From the NCBI RefSeq assembly GCF_036321535.1, contig NC_087436.1:60700001-60764000 (forward strand): a DNA stretch of 64,000 bases. The letters are read 5' to 3'. Every line of letters starts with the position of its first letter. The stretch's first letter is position 1. Shown here one piece after another: positions 1 to 11,830 of this stretch. Made by a program: the position numbers and the translations under genes. This DNA comes from Camelus dromedarius. Its lineage: Eukaryota. The notes under the pieces are model-generated. The model worked only from the letters and a program-made list of their open reading frames with translations. It did not search any database and had not been told where the DNA came from.

Positions 1-472
1 CCATAAAAATGACAACATAATGCCATTTGCAGCAACATGGATGTCCCTGGAGAATGTCATTCTAAGTGAAGTAAGCCAGAAAAAGAAAGAAAAATATCAT
101 ATGAGGTCACTCACATGTGGAATCTAAAAAAAAAAAAATTACAAAACAGAAACAGACTCATAGACATAGAATAGAAACTTGTGGTTGCCAAGAGGGCGGC
201 GGGTGGGAAGGGACAGACTGGGATTTCAAAATTTCTAGATATTGACAGGCATATGCAGAATAGATAAACAAGATTATACTGTATAGCACAGGGAAATATA
301 TACAAGATCTTGTGGTAGCTCACAGCGAAAAAAAAATGTGACAATGAATATACGTATGTTCATGTATAACTGAAAAATTGTGCTCTACACTGGAATTTGA
401 CACAATATTGTAAAATGACTATAACTCAATAAAAATAATGTAAAACAATAATAATAATTTAAAAAATAAAAA
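1..472 (+). mobile_element. Young L1 3' end (ORF2 C-terminus, 3'UTR, A-rich tail), camelid/cetartiodactyl-like; runs off window start
   Basis: L1 ORF2 end motif (gccatttgcagcaacatggatg...agtgaagtaagccaga...tgtggaatctaa), G-rich 3'UTR, ctcaataaaaa and A-rich tail; closely similar to the copy at 55516-56209. Confidence 0.92.
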
Positions 473-562
473 CAGGGCCTAAAAGATGTTTTGGTCTGCA
501 GGCTTGGACCTGAAGGAGTTTAATGGGAAAATCATAGTAATTTGTTTGAATGTATGCATCTA

Positions 563-763
563 AGTTAGACTGCCTGGGTTCAAATCCCAGTGCTGTGATT
601 TTGGGGCTATGTGATACTGAATTTCTGTAAAGTCTCTGTACTTTAGCATCCTTATCTGCAAAATGGTAATGATAACAATAATGACAGAATCAGATTATTG
701 TGACTATTAAATTAGGTGATATAAAGTACTTTTAGAGCACATGGTTCAGTGTTAGGTATTATT
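563..763 (+). mobile_element. MIR SINE fragment
   Basis: agactgcctgggttcaaatccca (B-box region) and catccttatctgcaaaatgg core. Confidence 0.75.
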
Positions 764-939
764 AATATTTTTTAATTTCCCCACCAAGTCTAAGAATTTC
801 CTTATTTCCTTCCATGTTAGTTTTTATAATTTCTAATATGGTTAGAGTCATTCTTATTCTGAAAGTGCTTTATTTTTCTTTAGTATAGTCACACACTCAC
901 TGTTTTACATTAGATTTTAAATAGAAAGCAGTACCTCAT

Positions 940-1880
940 TCTATCAGTATGTTTTACTAAGGTCCTTGTATGAGGTAAACCCTGTGCTAGACATTAGGTA
1001 GAAATGCAGGAAGATACAAAGGAAACCAAATAAGCACTTTGTGTGCAAAGAGTTTATGTTGCAGTTTGATCAAATACACATGAAAAGAATAGGCAATAAA
1101 CTATAATTATAATATATACATTATGCATACCTCCAATATTGCACCTCCTGCATGATTTAATTATCTGCTGGTATCTGTCTCCTCCCATCCCCCAAATCTG
1201 GAGATTAAAAGTTCTTTGAGGCAGCTATGAGGTCCTGACTGTCAGAGGTCTAGGTGTAGAGCCATGTACTCTGTAATACAAAATGAAAAGGTTAACCTAA
1301 AATCTAGATTACTAGTATTCTTAGGCTCCCCCCCCCCCCATTTTTAAATAGAGCAAAAACATTCTTCAAAAGAAGTCTTATGAGTGAAAACAGATAAGAG
1401 TGGAGGTCCACCATCAGCCTTGGGATTGCAGAGAAGATGCCGGGGGTGAATCAGTGTTGTCACCGAGTCCTGAAGGATGAAAGGGAGCTAGCCAGGAGAA
1501 GAGTGTGGAAATGAAAGAAGATTGATCCAGAGGCTGGAAAGAGCATGGAACCAAACTCCTTTCCTTCTGGTTGAATTCAAGAGTAAAGGAGGAATGAAAA
1601 AGATATAGAACTTAATAAGCAATGCCAGATCAGATTATACAGGTCCAGAGAAATCACACTGAGAACTTTGGACTTTACCCTGAGGTCAGCAGACATCCAT
1701 TAAACGATTTTTAGTAAGAGAGAGCCCTCAAATTTGTTCTTCAGAAAAATCACTCCCCTTGTAGTGCAGAGAAGGGATTTGAGAGGAGCAGGATTCAGGC
1801 AAATATGTCATCTAGGAGATAGCTGCAGTAACTTTATTAAGAGAAGATGGTTATGTAAGCCAAGAAAGTGGCATCAAGTC
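940..1880 (-). mobile_element. L2 LINE 3' fragments (antisense)
   Basis: Degenerate L2 motifs cctgtgctag, tgaaggatga..., ccagatcagattatacagg...ctttggactttaccctgag; discontinuous. Confidence 0.55.
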
Positions 1881-1889
1881 CTTGATCCT

Positions 1890-3040
1890 CATCCTCCCTT
1901 GATTTTCTTACCTCTTTTCCACTCACCTATAGGGCTAATACCACAACCCTGGCTAACTCTAACTCTATCAACTCCAGTCCTGTACTTGAGAAGTTAGATG
2001 TGACTGCGGATAAACTTACAATTAAGCCAACTGGTCTCAATTTAAATTCATAAAAATGGCTGCCAGTGGGAACTTCAAATGTTGCTCAGGAGTCATATTC
2101 TTCATCCTTCCATGTTCTTCTGAATGTCCTAAAAACAAAACAAAAAACAGTTTTACTTTTTCTCCCCTCTCTTCAAGCTCCCAATGTCTCCTCAATTCTC
2201 CTTCTCAGCTTATCTTCTGTCTTCTTACTTCTCCAAGAAGCTGAAATAGTCAGAGGGAGACTTTCACAAATGCCCACTACTGCATCTAACCAACTACCAG
2301 CGTCAGCACCTGCCACCTTCCTTTCTTCTATCCAGTTACTCCTTCCTGTCCAAAGCCAGTCCCTCCACAGGAACCCATCTCTTCTCACCTCCTTTGGGAC
2401 ATCACTTCAGCAATTCTCCCCTCTCTCCTTCATTATGAACTTTTTCATTCTTTCCAAATAATTCTTATCATCATTCAAATACAGATTTATCTCTCTCATC
2501 TTAGAAAAATATTTACCACAAGTCCACTGTCTTTGCCAGCTATTACTCTAATTTCTTTGCCCCTTTTTGCAGCAAAATCCCTTAAAAGATTTGTCTCTTC
2601 TTCCTTTCCCCAATTTCTCACTTTCCTTTTCTTATAAACCCACTCCAGTCAGGCTTTTGCTCCCACTACTTCACTCAAATCACTGTTATCCACGTCATCA
2701 ACGACCTCCTCCTTGCCTCTCAGTTATTGGTCCTACTCTTGCTTTATCTATCAGTAATAGTTAACTCAGTTAACCATTCTCTTTCCAGGAAAAAAAAATT
2801 ATTAACTTGGCTTTCAGGATAACACATGCTCTTGATTTTTATCCTACCTCATTTTATTGCTCCTTCTTGGTATCCTTTTTGTTTTTCTCTATCTCAGTAT
2901 TAAAGTGCTATTTTGCTCAACCCTGACCCTTCTCTCTCCTCTGTCTACACTCCCTTAGCAATCTTATCTAATCCTACAAATTTACATATCCTCTACATGC
3001 TAACAATTCCAAAATGTCTATCTTCATTCCAGTCCTCTCT
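1890..3040 (+). mobile_element. L2 LINE ORF2 fossil
   Basis: Pyrimidine-rich L2 motifs ccacaaccctgg, tttaaattcat, ggctttcaggataacac, tctgtctacactccct, tacatgctaacaattccaaaatgtctatct. Confidence 0.75.
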
Positions 3041-3059
3041 TAAAAATTTAATGGCTGAA

Positions 3060-3425
3060 GCCACTCCGAGTATCTCATCAACTGGCCACAGTAAGTGATT
3101 TCGAGATGAGCATGTAATGTAAGCCAGTTCAATAAGAATAAGCCTTAGTACCTATTCTGGGAATTCTGGGGCATAAATTCACATGTTCTTTACTGGACAT
3201 AAGGATTTGGAGCTGGAAACTGCTGTAGTCAGTATTTGCCAGAGACCCCAAGATAAAAAGAAACCAGATCCTCGAGATGAATCCTGATAACCTTATTTGA
3301 GTCCTGGATGAAGTCAGATCTCAAGCCAGAACTGCTCTTGGAATATTCAGTTCCACGAGGATGAAAGTCCCTTTTTGAGTTGGGATTTCTGTTGCTGGAA
3401 AATCCATGCATTCAATCTGATGCAC
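3060..3425 (+). mobile_element. Old MaLR LTR (MLT1K/L-like)
   Basis: tggccacagtaagtgatt...gagcatgt, ggagctggaaactgctg, tttgagtcctggat, gttgggatttctgtt. Confidence 0.65.
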
Positions 3426-3434
3426 ATATATTTT

Positions 3435-3560
3435 CTATGAGTTAGATATTATATCCACTTACTCTAAGAGGAAAAACCAGGCTAAGATGCCTGCATGACT
3501 CTCCCAAAGTCAGTCTTCTAGTAAGTGATAGCACCAGGACACAATCCAGATAGTCATCCT
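3435..3560 (-). mobile_element. MIR fragment
   Basis: ctatgagttagatattat...gaggaaaaaccaggct...cccaaagtca...ctagtaagtg (antisense MIR core). Confidence 0.6.
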
Positions 3561-3660
3561 TTATACTTCCCTTACACTTCACATTCATAATTACCTTTCC
3601 CTGTGGGTGGGAGTTTGGAGATACTAGAATTCAGCACTCTATGTGAGGTGTTCCTCTAGA

Positions 3661-3682
3661 GTGTGTGTGTGTGTGTGTGTGT
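3661..3682. repeat. (GT)11 microsatellite
   Basis: Read directly. Confidence 0.95.
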
Positions 3683-4029
3683 ACTCTCACTTTAACCACT
3701 ATACTGGAACATTAAAATAGATGCTCATGTTTCCTGAAAAAAAAAAAAAAACCAAAAAACAAAGAGCTGATTCTCATTCATAATTTAGCCCAGTCTCCAC
3801 TGAAATATCCTGAGAACAAAATCAACTTTACTCTTTGGTCTGTGTCCTCAACTTTTATTCTATTCTTTACAAAAGAATGAACACAGTCTTCTCACCTCTA
3901 GATTTGGTGTTTTCAGATTTGCAGACTGTAACCAAGAATCTGGTTTCCTAATGTTTACATTTTATGAGACAGATTGCTCTTTCTACCCTGAAACGATGTT
4001 CACATAAGTGAAGAGTCTCTGAAATGAGC

Positions 4030-4220
4030 ACAGAACAAGGAATCCAGGAAACCTAGGTTCATACACTGACTCTTTCCTCATGTGTGACATCAAGCAAGGT
4101 CTGTAGTGCCCTGGAATGCCTTTCTCCTCTGTAAAGGGTGAATCGCAAACATCTATCTTCCAGAACTGCAGTGATGATTAAATGAGACAGCAATCACCTG
4201 ATATATAATGAACCTTGCAC
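4030..4220 (+). mobile_element. MIR fragment
   Basis: acctaggttc...tgtgtgacatcaagcaag...tttctcctctgtaaa...gattaaatgaga. Confidence 0.6.
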
Positions 4221-7200
4221 AAATCAGTCTTTCTCTTCTTTGTGGTTATTCAAAATTCTGTTGGAATATAAATCTCTGTATTAGCAAAATAAAATCCTCA
4301 GCACCATTTCATGCACATTTGTTTCAATAAATGTTGATTTTAACAAATGGTATGGTGCATCACAAGACGCACCCTTCCCCCAGACTCTTTTAATAAGACA
4401 TTAACCCTCTTGACAGGAAGCATTAAAGTGTATTGACGATGAACCAGAGGGAAGAGCTCAGGAATATCCCTGGCAGAGAGAGAAGGCATTCTGGCATTCA
4501 AAAGGGTCCAAAGACGACACAAGAGTGGATTAGGAAAATTGCCTCCATGGACATTATGTGGATGTGCCCTGTCCATTCTGTAGCTGAAAAAATCCACTTC
4601 AAACCTTGCACTGCAGAGAATTCAATTTCACGTTGTTTAGTATCCTATGGGGTGAATGGGAAACTTATTGCCTCTGTTATTTTATCTCAGAATGGGAGTG
4701 TTTTTCTTTAAGAATTCTCAGAAGGGAGTGATTCTTTGATAATTGAACTCCCTGTGGTGTTGGTCAAGTGGAAACAGTACACAGAGGCTTCAAAGAAATG
4801 AAAGCTTCAAGCACAGAACAGAAGCTTTTCTGGCAATGATGAGAAGAGGCATCTCTTTGACCCTTTAAGTAATGAAAGCCAATCGTTTAGTGACAGCCCA
4901 GGCAGAAGTCCCTGAAGAGAGCAAAGGAGAGCAGGAGTGAGCAAAGCGTGGACTGGGGAGAAGTTTAGCTACAGCTCAAGGATCCTCATTAAATGGTTCA
5001 TATCCTTTTCAGTGTGATGCTTTTGTTCATAAGAAATATTACATAAACCCAAAGTTACAAGCAAATAAAATTAAATAATGTATTTTTTTAAATGCTGTTC
5101 AGCCTGAAAGAACTGCCTCAACTCAGCAAAAAGAAGAGAGCTATTAGGAGAGTAAATGAATAATTAGGTAGTCAGAACAAGTTCTCTGCAGGAGGACCAC
5201 ACTTTGGCAAAGACGAATGGAATTTCACTGAAGAAATTCCTTCAAAAAGCAAGACATAGACAAATAGGATTATGGAGGTAGTTTCATTGTATCTTCAAAA
5301 TTTTACTGTATCTTTACTAATCTCTCCTTATAGCCAAAATTAACCTGCACAATTCTTCAAACAAAAAACAATTTCAATCCTTTCTACCCTTGAAAAGAAA
5401 ATTAGACACCTACATTTTACTTCCTAATTCATAACATGATAGTGGGGAGAACAGAGTATGGTAATGAAATGCATGCATGGGATTTGTCACAAAATGGGAT
5501 CATTGCTTGGGTTCTAAGCCCAAGGAGTCAATTCAGGGAAAGGTAAGTGTAAAATTTCGGGAAAGAGTCAGGATATCGAGGCATTTTTTTTTTTTATTTA
5601 AAAAAAAGAAAAGAAAAAACACAAGTCATGTCTGCTGAGTACGCAAATGGAACCAGCATCACCCAGAAGAGTTACAAGTTTTCCTTCTGCTGAATAAGGC
5701 TGAGATTATCTGACATAAATCTCAATGGCTTTATCTACCTGGTATTGGAAATATATTCCACTAGGTTGCTACAATTAGGCTTTTCACAACTAAACCATTT
5801 ATCAGTGATGCCAAAACATTCATCTTGTATGTGTTTCATTAATATGTGGGGGCATTCTGAGTAATATTAGGACTATTCTTTCAGAGAGAACATTTGACTT
5901 GTATGGATTTACTCACATTTTCTCCTCCGTTTACATTCTTCTTATTTAAGGAAGAAGTAAGTATCCCCACCCCTGCCATGGGATAACTTAGCATGCTACG
6001 TATTAGCACCCCTTTGGGATGCTGTGGTCCCAACAGCAGCGGTTTGGCATCCCTGAAGGCTTGGTAAGAGTCTTCACTACTTGAAGAGCAGTGAACTGAG
6101 TTTTAGTCTGATTTCTGAAAATGGATGAAATATTTAACAATGGATCTGAAGAGAGCTGCTGTTCCTAATCACCACAGCTCCCAAGAGGAAGTCACACCAT
6201 GTTCTGGGCTGTTGCTAAGGACTTTCATCAGTGTCAGAGCAAATCAATCAACCAGCTTGAAAATAGCTATTGAAGGGTAAGGCATCTTCATCAGCAACAG
6301 GTATTTCTTCACTGAGCTCACTATGAACAAGGTAACACTCTTGGGCAACAGGGCTACAAAGCGACTCAAGTACCTTATATCCAATTGGAAAGCTCCTCAT
6401 TTGTACTCGTTTTAATGATAAATTCCGTGGCAGAAAGTGTGAACGTTTTCTGACATGTTTTCTCTTTCCTAGTATATCTCTAAGCCAGTTTTTCAAAGCA
6501 GCCATTATCAAATGTACAGGGGAATTAAATGGGGGAAAAAAACTTACTGTCTAAGTGCCTTCCCAGCAATATTATACATTGATTCAGTAAAGGGAAGCCA
6601 CAAGGCTGGGGCTGTAGTTAGCCATTTCACCATGAGATTAGGAATAGAGTGAATACACAGCACTAAAACAGTTCATGGTATTTGCACTTACTGTATCTAT
6701 GCCATCACAGAACATACATTTACCTGAAAATAATTCATCACTGTTTACATTGTAAGAGAAATGTATGACTCTTACATCGATTTGAACTGGGCAAAGAATA
6801 GACATTAAAAATCGCATGGGGACTAGAAACAGATATTTAACCACCCATTTAACATATGCCAGGAATAAAAGGCGGGGTGAACAGCTGTACAGTTCTTTTT
6901 AATGCAAGCTCCAATACAAAAGCTAATTTTACCTTTCATTGCATAGAAAACAGCATTACTCCCTTCATGCTGGCAACCATGCTCCAAGCATCCAAATCAG
7001 CAGTCTGCCCCGTCCTATTACACGGACCATAATTTGCTGCAGCTAATAATTTGCTGCAGCTAATAAGAAAAAACCACTGCCAAAAGCATTGGCTACCAGA
7101 CTGGGAAACACAAACCATGTGTTTCTTTAGGTGGCACCCATCCAGTAATTATTTAACCTTTGCTGTTTGAACCAGATCAACAAAGGTATTTTTTGAACTT

Positions 7201-7264
7201 TGAAAGTGAGAATGAATTCTGCTCCATTCATTAGTACTCCCAAGTGCTTCAAGGTGATACATTA

Positions 7265-7460
7265 ACAATAATAATAACAATAACAGCATCTTACACATCT
7301 TGAGCATTTACCATGAGAGAGACACCAGGAGAAGTACCTAACATACATTATCTCATTCCATCCTTACCACAAACCTATGAGGTCAGTAATCTTGTTAAGC
7401 TTAACTAACTTTCATTAGGTCACATAACTAATATGTGATGGATCTATAAACTCAGGCGAT
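7265..7460 (-). mobile_element. MIR fragment
   Basis: ttgagcatttaccatg...acattatctcattccatcctt...cctatgagg...aggtcacataacta. Confidence 0.7.
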
Positions 7461-7575
7461 GCCCAACCTTTTAAACTTTGCCTCTTCTGCCTCACAAAGC
7501 TGCTCAGATGAACAGGAAATCAAGCAGGTTCCAAGTAGGAAAAATGTTTCTGTTCCAGCTGAGAATTCTGCTCTA

Positions 7576-7714
7576 AGGACCTACTGTATAGCACAGGGAA
7601 TTATATTCAATTTCTTATAATAACATAAAATGGAAAAGAATCTGAAAAGAAAGCATATAGGTATGTATATGTATAATTAAATCACTTTTCTGTACACCTG
7701 AAATTTAAAAAAAA
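7576..7714 (+). mobile_element. Short L1 3'UTR fragment (artiodactyl L1-like)
   Basis: aggacctactgtatagcacagggaa...ggaaaagaatctgaaaa...atcacttttctgtacacctgaaa followed by an A tail. Confidence 0.8.
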
Positions 7715-9163
7715 GAATCCTCCAGTATTTGAAGCTTCCAGCATTTAGGTCTGGCTCACTATTTTCAGAGAGTAAGTCCTTCTTAAAATTCAAGCATGGT
7801 ACCTGGAAAAGGTAAGTAATTTAATCCATTTGCACCAATGAGATGAGATAAATATCTTAAGCAGGAAGGAGCATAGAGGGGAAGTGTCCTGAGAATGTCA
7901 ACTCTTACACAGGGACATTCAGAAGAGGGTAAACCTGGATAGAAAGAAGTCACTGGACTTGAAGCCAACGTGGAAGATTAGGATAGAGGAGATGAGAACA
8001 GAAAAGGAAGGAGCAGGTGAAGCGGTGCAGTAAGGTGGAAGATTAAAATAACCTCAGAGTATTCTTTAAAATAATCAGTTTCCTGAACCAGTTAAAGATA
8101 CAGCTTCACCACTTAATATCCTCTTCTTAGGCAAGTAGTGAAAGACTTGTTGAGAATTCCAATCCAATTTCCTTTGTAACATGAAATTCGTACTTTTAAC
8201 AACTTTTACTTTGAAAGATCAAAATCTTGTCTAAGGGAGAAAGCATGATGTTTAATAATTGCATATTAAAGTGATTAATTAAAAATCATTCAGATTATTA
8301 CAACATAAATGAAAATTAATGTCTCACAAGTTTTCCTAAAACAAAATATGAAAGCAATCTTTCTCTATCTCAGCCCTCTGTACTCACACGAAGACCATGT
8401 ATACTTTTCATGTGGGAGCAATCTACCACCATCTTCTTATATGATAAAACAAGTTTACTAACTTGTATTATTAGCACTGTTTTGCAAATTGGCTTTCTGA
8501 CCTAGTCAATTTTTTGTACGCTATAATGTAGATATTCAGGCTATGCAGAGTGACGTAAGCTGTGTTACACCCCTTTTGCAGTTTTGATACAATTCTCCTT
8601 TTAAAATTTATTTTAGTAAAATAGCTTTTAATGAAGTTTATATTGAAGCTTATTGTTAATCCAGCTTTTCTCATTAGTTTAATTTTCAGTACGAGAAAGT
8701 CCTACAAATTATTTATAAAGTTTTCACAGTAACGTCATCCTATAATGAATTTACACAATGAAACATTTTGAATAAACTGGTAATAATCCCCAATCCTGGA
8801 TAAGAAAAAATTAAGCACACAGAATTTTTTTAAGTCTTCAAACTGAAACTATAACTTTGTTTCTGTAGAAAAATGTAAAGTATCACCACATGAGTTATGG
8901 AAAGAAATTGGACTTTGATTTTGTACAAACCCAGGTTCAAAATATGCCCATCTCTCTCAGGTAACAGGTGTACTGAGGAGTGAACTCAGTCAAGAGTATG
9001 TGATCATCAGCAACTATCCATTCTTCCAGTCACCTTTCAAATCCTTTCACTGGGCTAGTTCTTTCCCTGGACGTGGATTTCTTAACCCCTTTTAGTTACA
9101 TTTCACAAAAGCAGCATCATTGCAATATGAACATGCAGCCCCTTAAAATAATAGAAACATCTG

Positions 9164-9750
9164 TGTAGTGAAAACTAATCTTACCTAAAGAGAAGTCTGG
9201 CTTTTTGAGTTCTCCCCCCACCCCCACCCTGCTCCTCTCACGCCTGGGAGATAACCTCTAAAATCCTTGGAAATTCCCAGGTGATAGGGGTGCCTAGGAC
9301 ATTCACGGTGGGGCCCCTGGACCACATCTGATAGTTTATGCTATTAAGATGGCTCAGTGTGGGCAGAGCCACATCAGCAGTCCTAGGACAGGGATGGCCA
9401 TGCCAGAAAGACAACCACAACCATGTGATTAGAAGGCTGGAACTTCGAGCCAAGTGACATCAGCTGACCTTCCACAGGAAGGGGACTGGAGAACCAGTTC
9501 AACCTCTGGGGCCATGATTCAGTCAGTACAGCCTCTGTAATGAAGCTTCAATAAAATCTCTGGACACCAGAGTGAGGTGAGCTTCCCCGGTTCACGTTAG
9601 CCATGCCAGAACAGTAATGTGTCCCTGAGGACATGGCGGCTTGAAGTTTGGAACTCCCAGTTCCAGAGTCTGCCCTTTGCATCTATTCCTTCGGCTGGCT
9701 CTAATTTGCCTCCATTTGTTATAATAAAGTTACAATCTTACACTGCCTTC
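9164..9750 (+). mobile_element. ERVL LTR, MER21-family-like
   Basis: tgtagtgaaaa start, cctgggagataacctctaaa, gatagtttatgcta, ccatgtgattaga, caataaaatctctggacacc. Confidence 0.75.
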
Positions 9751-11029
9751 CTAGGGGGGCACTCTTGTATCAGTGTAACTTATGGGCAACCAATGACTGA
9801 TCAGCAAATTTTCTTAAATGCCTTACTCCTTTATTTTCTACCCTTTACCAGGGGATCTGTGTGTGAAGGCATGTTTTCAAACTTCAGTCAAAACCTGTTA
9901 AGTAAGGGGTTTTTCTGTTTTGTTTTGTTTTTGTTTTTTTAATAATCCATTCAATTTATTCTCACAGTTGCTTTATTTTTACTTCCCTTCCTAAAATTCT
10001 ACCATATGGACTGTAAAATCAGCATCTTTAAATATATTTGAATTATTGAAGCTCAAGGAACCCTGAATGCTCTCATCAGTGGCATGAAAGACAATTTCAT
10101 CACCACTGTGGAAGCCAGATGATCCAACTGATTTTGAACAATTCACCTTTGGATTGAATCAAAAATGCATGACTGGATTAATGCATAGGAATTGAAAGTG
10201 AACTTGTGAATGGATAAGAGGTTCAGAATAAAGAATAACCTAGCCTAATACATTTGGCCTGAAGCAACACCTAGTTATTTTGCAAATAGCCATCTGCCCG
10301 GTAATGTGAAGCACGCCTCTCTTGGAGTTGGGAGGTCAGAGGGTCATCCCAGGTCTTGTGCTGCTGAAGTGACCCTGAGGAGTGTTGGCTTTGAAGCAGA
10401 ATTAGGCATAAGAAGCAGCAGGGCCTTCAAAAGGCACCTCTAGCACAGATGTGCACAATGTGCATCGAAATGTCTGCTTTCTCTTGCCTTTGCTTTTGCA
10501 TGTGGCCCGTCATGCCAACCAGGTCCCTGGAATGTTCAGTGACTCCCCGTTTTGCACATTCCCTCCCAGGATGTGGGCACTGTGTGTTGGCATGGTGAGT
10601 CCAGCCACATTCTACCACCTACACCATTGCTTCCTTCTATCTTTAAATCCTTTAACCCAACCACTTATTTGTTTTTAAAAATTATGTATATCCCATAAAA
10701 CAGAAACTATTTGAATATCAGCTTTCTACCAGTGGCCAGATTCCCATCAGGCCATCCACCTGTGCTTCCGGGGCGCTGACAGACCTTGGCAGGCTCTAAC
10801 TGCCTCAGAATCAGCAGTATCACAGAGGTTCATGGAAGGCTTGTTATCACAGCGTGTTTACCAGTTTCATCTTCCTCCACATACTGTGTTTATTCCTGAT
10901 GATGCAGACTATGTATTAAATTGTTTTTATTTAAATCCTAATAATCAGGCATATAATAAAAAATGACCAAAGGTATGAGTAGGTAGTTACTAGTAGTCGA
11001 AAAAAAATGCAGATTATAATAATAACCGC

Positions 11030-11830
11030 TATCCCTGCTAGAAATGAAACAGTAATAACACCCACTACTGGCAGGGATGTAAGAAAAAAAGATGGAAATG
11101 TGAACTGTTGCAACAGCTTTTTGGAAAGACAGCTGGCAGTGTCTATTAAAAATTTAAAGTGTACATGGCTATAGGCCTAGCAATCCCACTCCTGGGAAAT
11201 TACCCCATAGCAATAAAAGTATCAGTGAGTAAGGCTAAATATACAAGGATGATTATTCCGCATTTATCACGGCAAAAGGCTGAAACAAAGAGAATGCCAT
11301 TCAGCAGGAGAATAAAAAGACTAATACATTTCTACCATGGGGTATTAGACAACCATAAAAAAGAATGCATTTGAGCTCCACTTAACGAACCAGAGGGGTT
11401 TAAAGAAAAACATTAAGTTGCAGGAACATGTATATAATTCCACATTCATAAAACAATGACTGAATAAATCCTTATATATATATATATGATTTTCAGCATG
11501 ATAATATATATGGAAAGTAACACATGAGGTTTGTAACATAGATCACCTATTGGTGGGACAAAAGAACAGAAGAGGAAAGGAAGAGAGCTATTTAGGAAAA
11601 AAAAAGCTTGAAAAGTTAAAGTGTTCATAGAAAGTAGTGTATTTGACGTGACCCAGATGAGTAATACAACATATGCACATGTGTGTGCAAAAAGGGATGC
11701 GCTAAAAGAAATAATCACCAAGTGGTAAATACAGTTTTCTCCTGGTAGGGTGATTTCAGGTAAGTTTTACTATTTCCATAGAGTTTTTTGACTTTTGAGT
11801 TTTTAAAATGCACATGCATAATTTATATAA
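11030..11830 (+). mobile_element. Old L1M (L1MC/ME-like) 3' region
   Basis: ttttggaaagacagctggcagtgtctattaaaa, cctagcaatcccactcctgggaa. Confidence 0.7.

Noticed and set aside
2066..2461. 131-aa Ser/Leu-rich ORF
   Set aside because: Lies inside an L2 fossil; its composition reflects pyrimidine-rich repeat DNA.
5334..5542. Possible + strand exon ending at AAG|gtaagt
   Set aside because: The putative branch point is too close to the AG, the body is AT-rich with stop codons, and such donors arise by chance.
6248..6511. 87-aa minus-strand ORF in unique DNA
   Set aside because: Non-ATG start, no matching splice acceptor and no recognisable domain.
10040..10230. Possible CR1/L3 fossil
   Set aside because: Similarity is too faint to support without a profile search.
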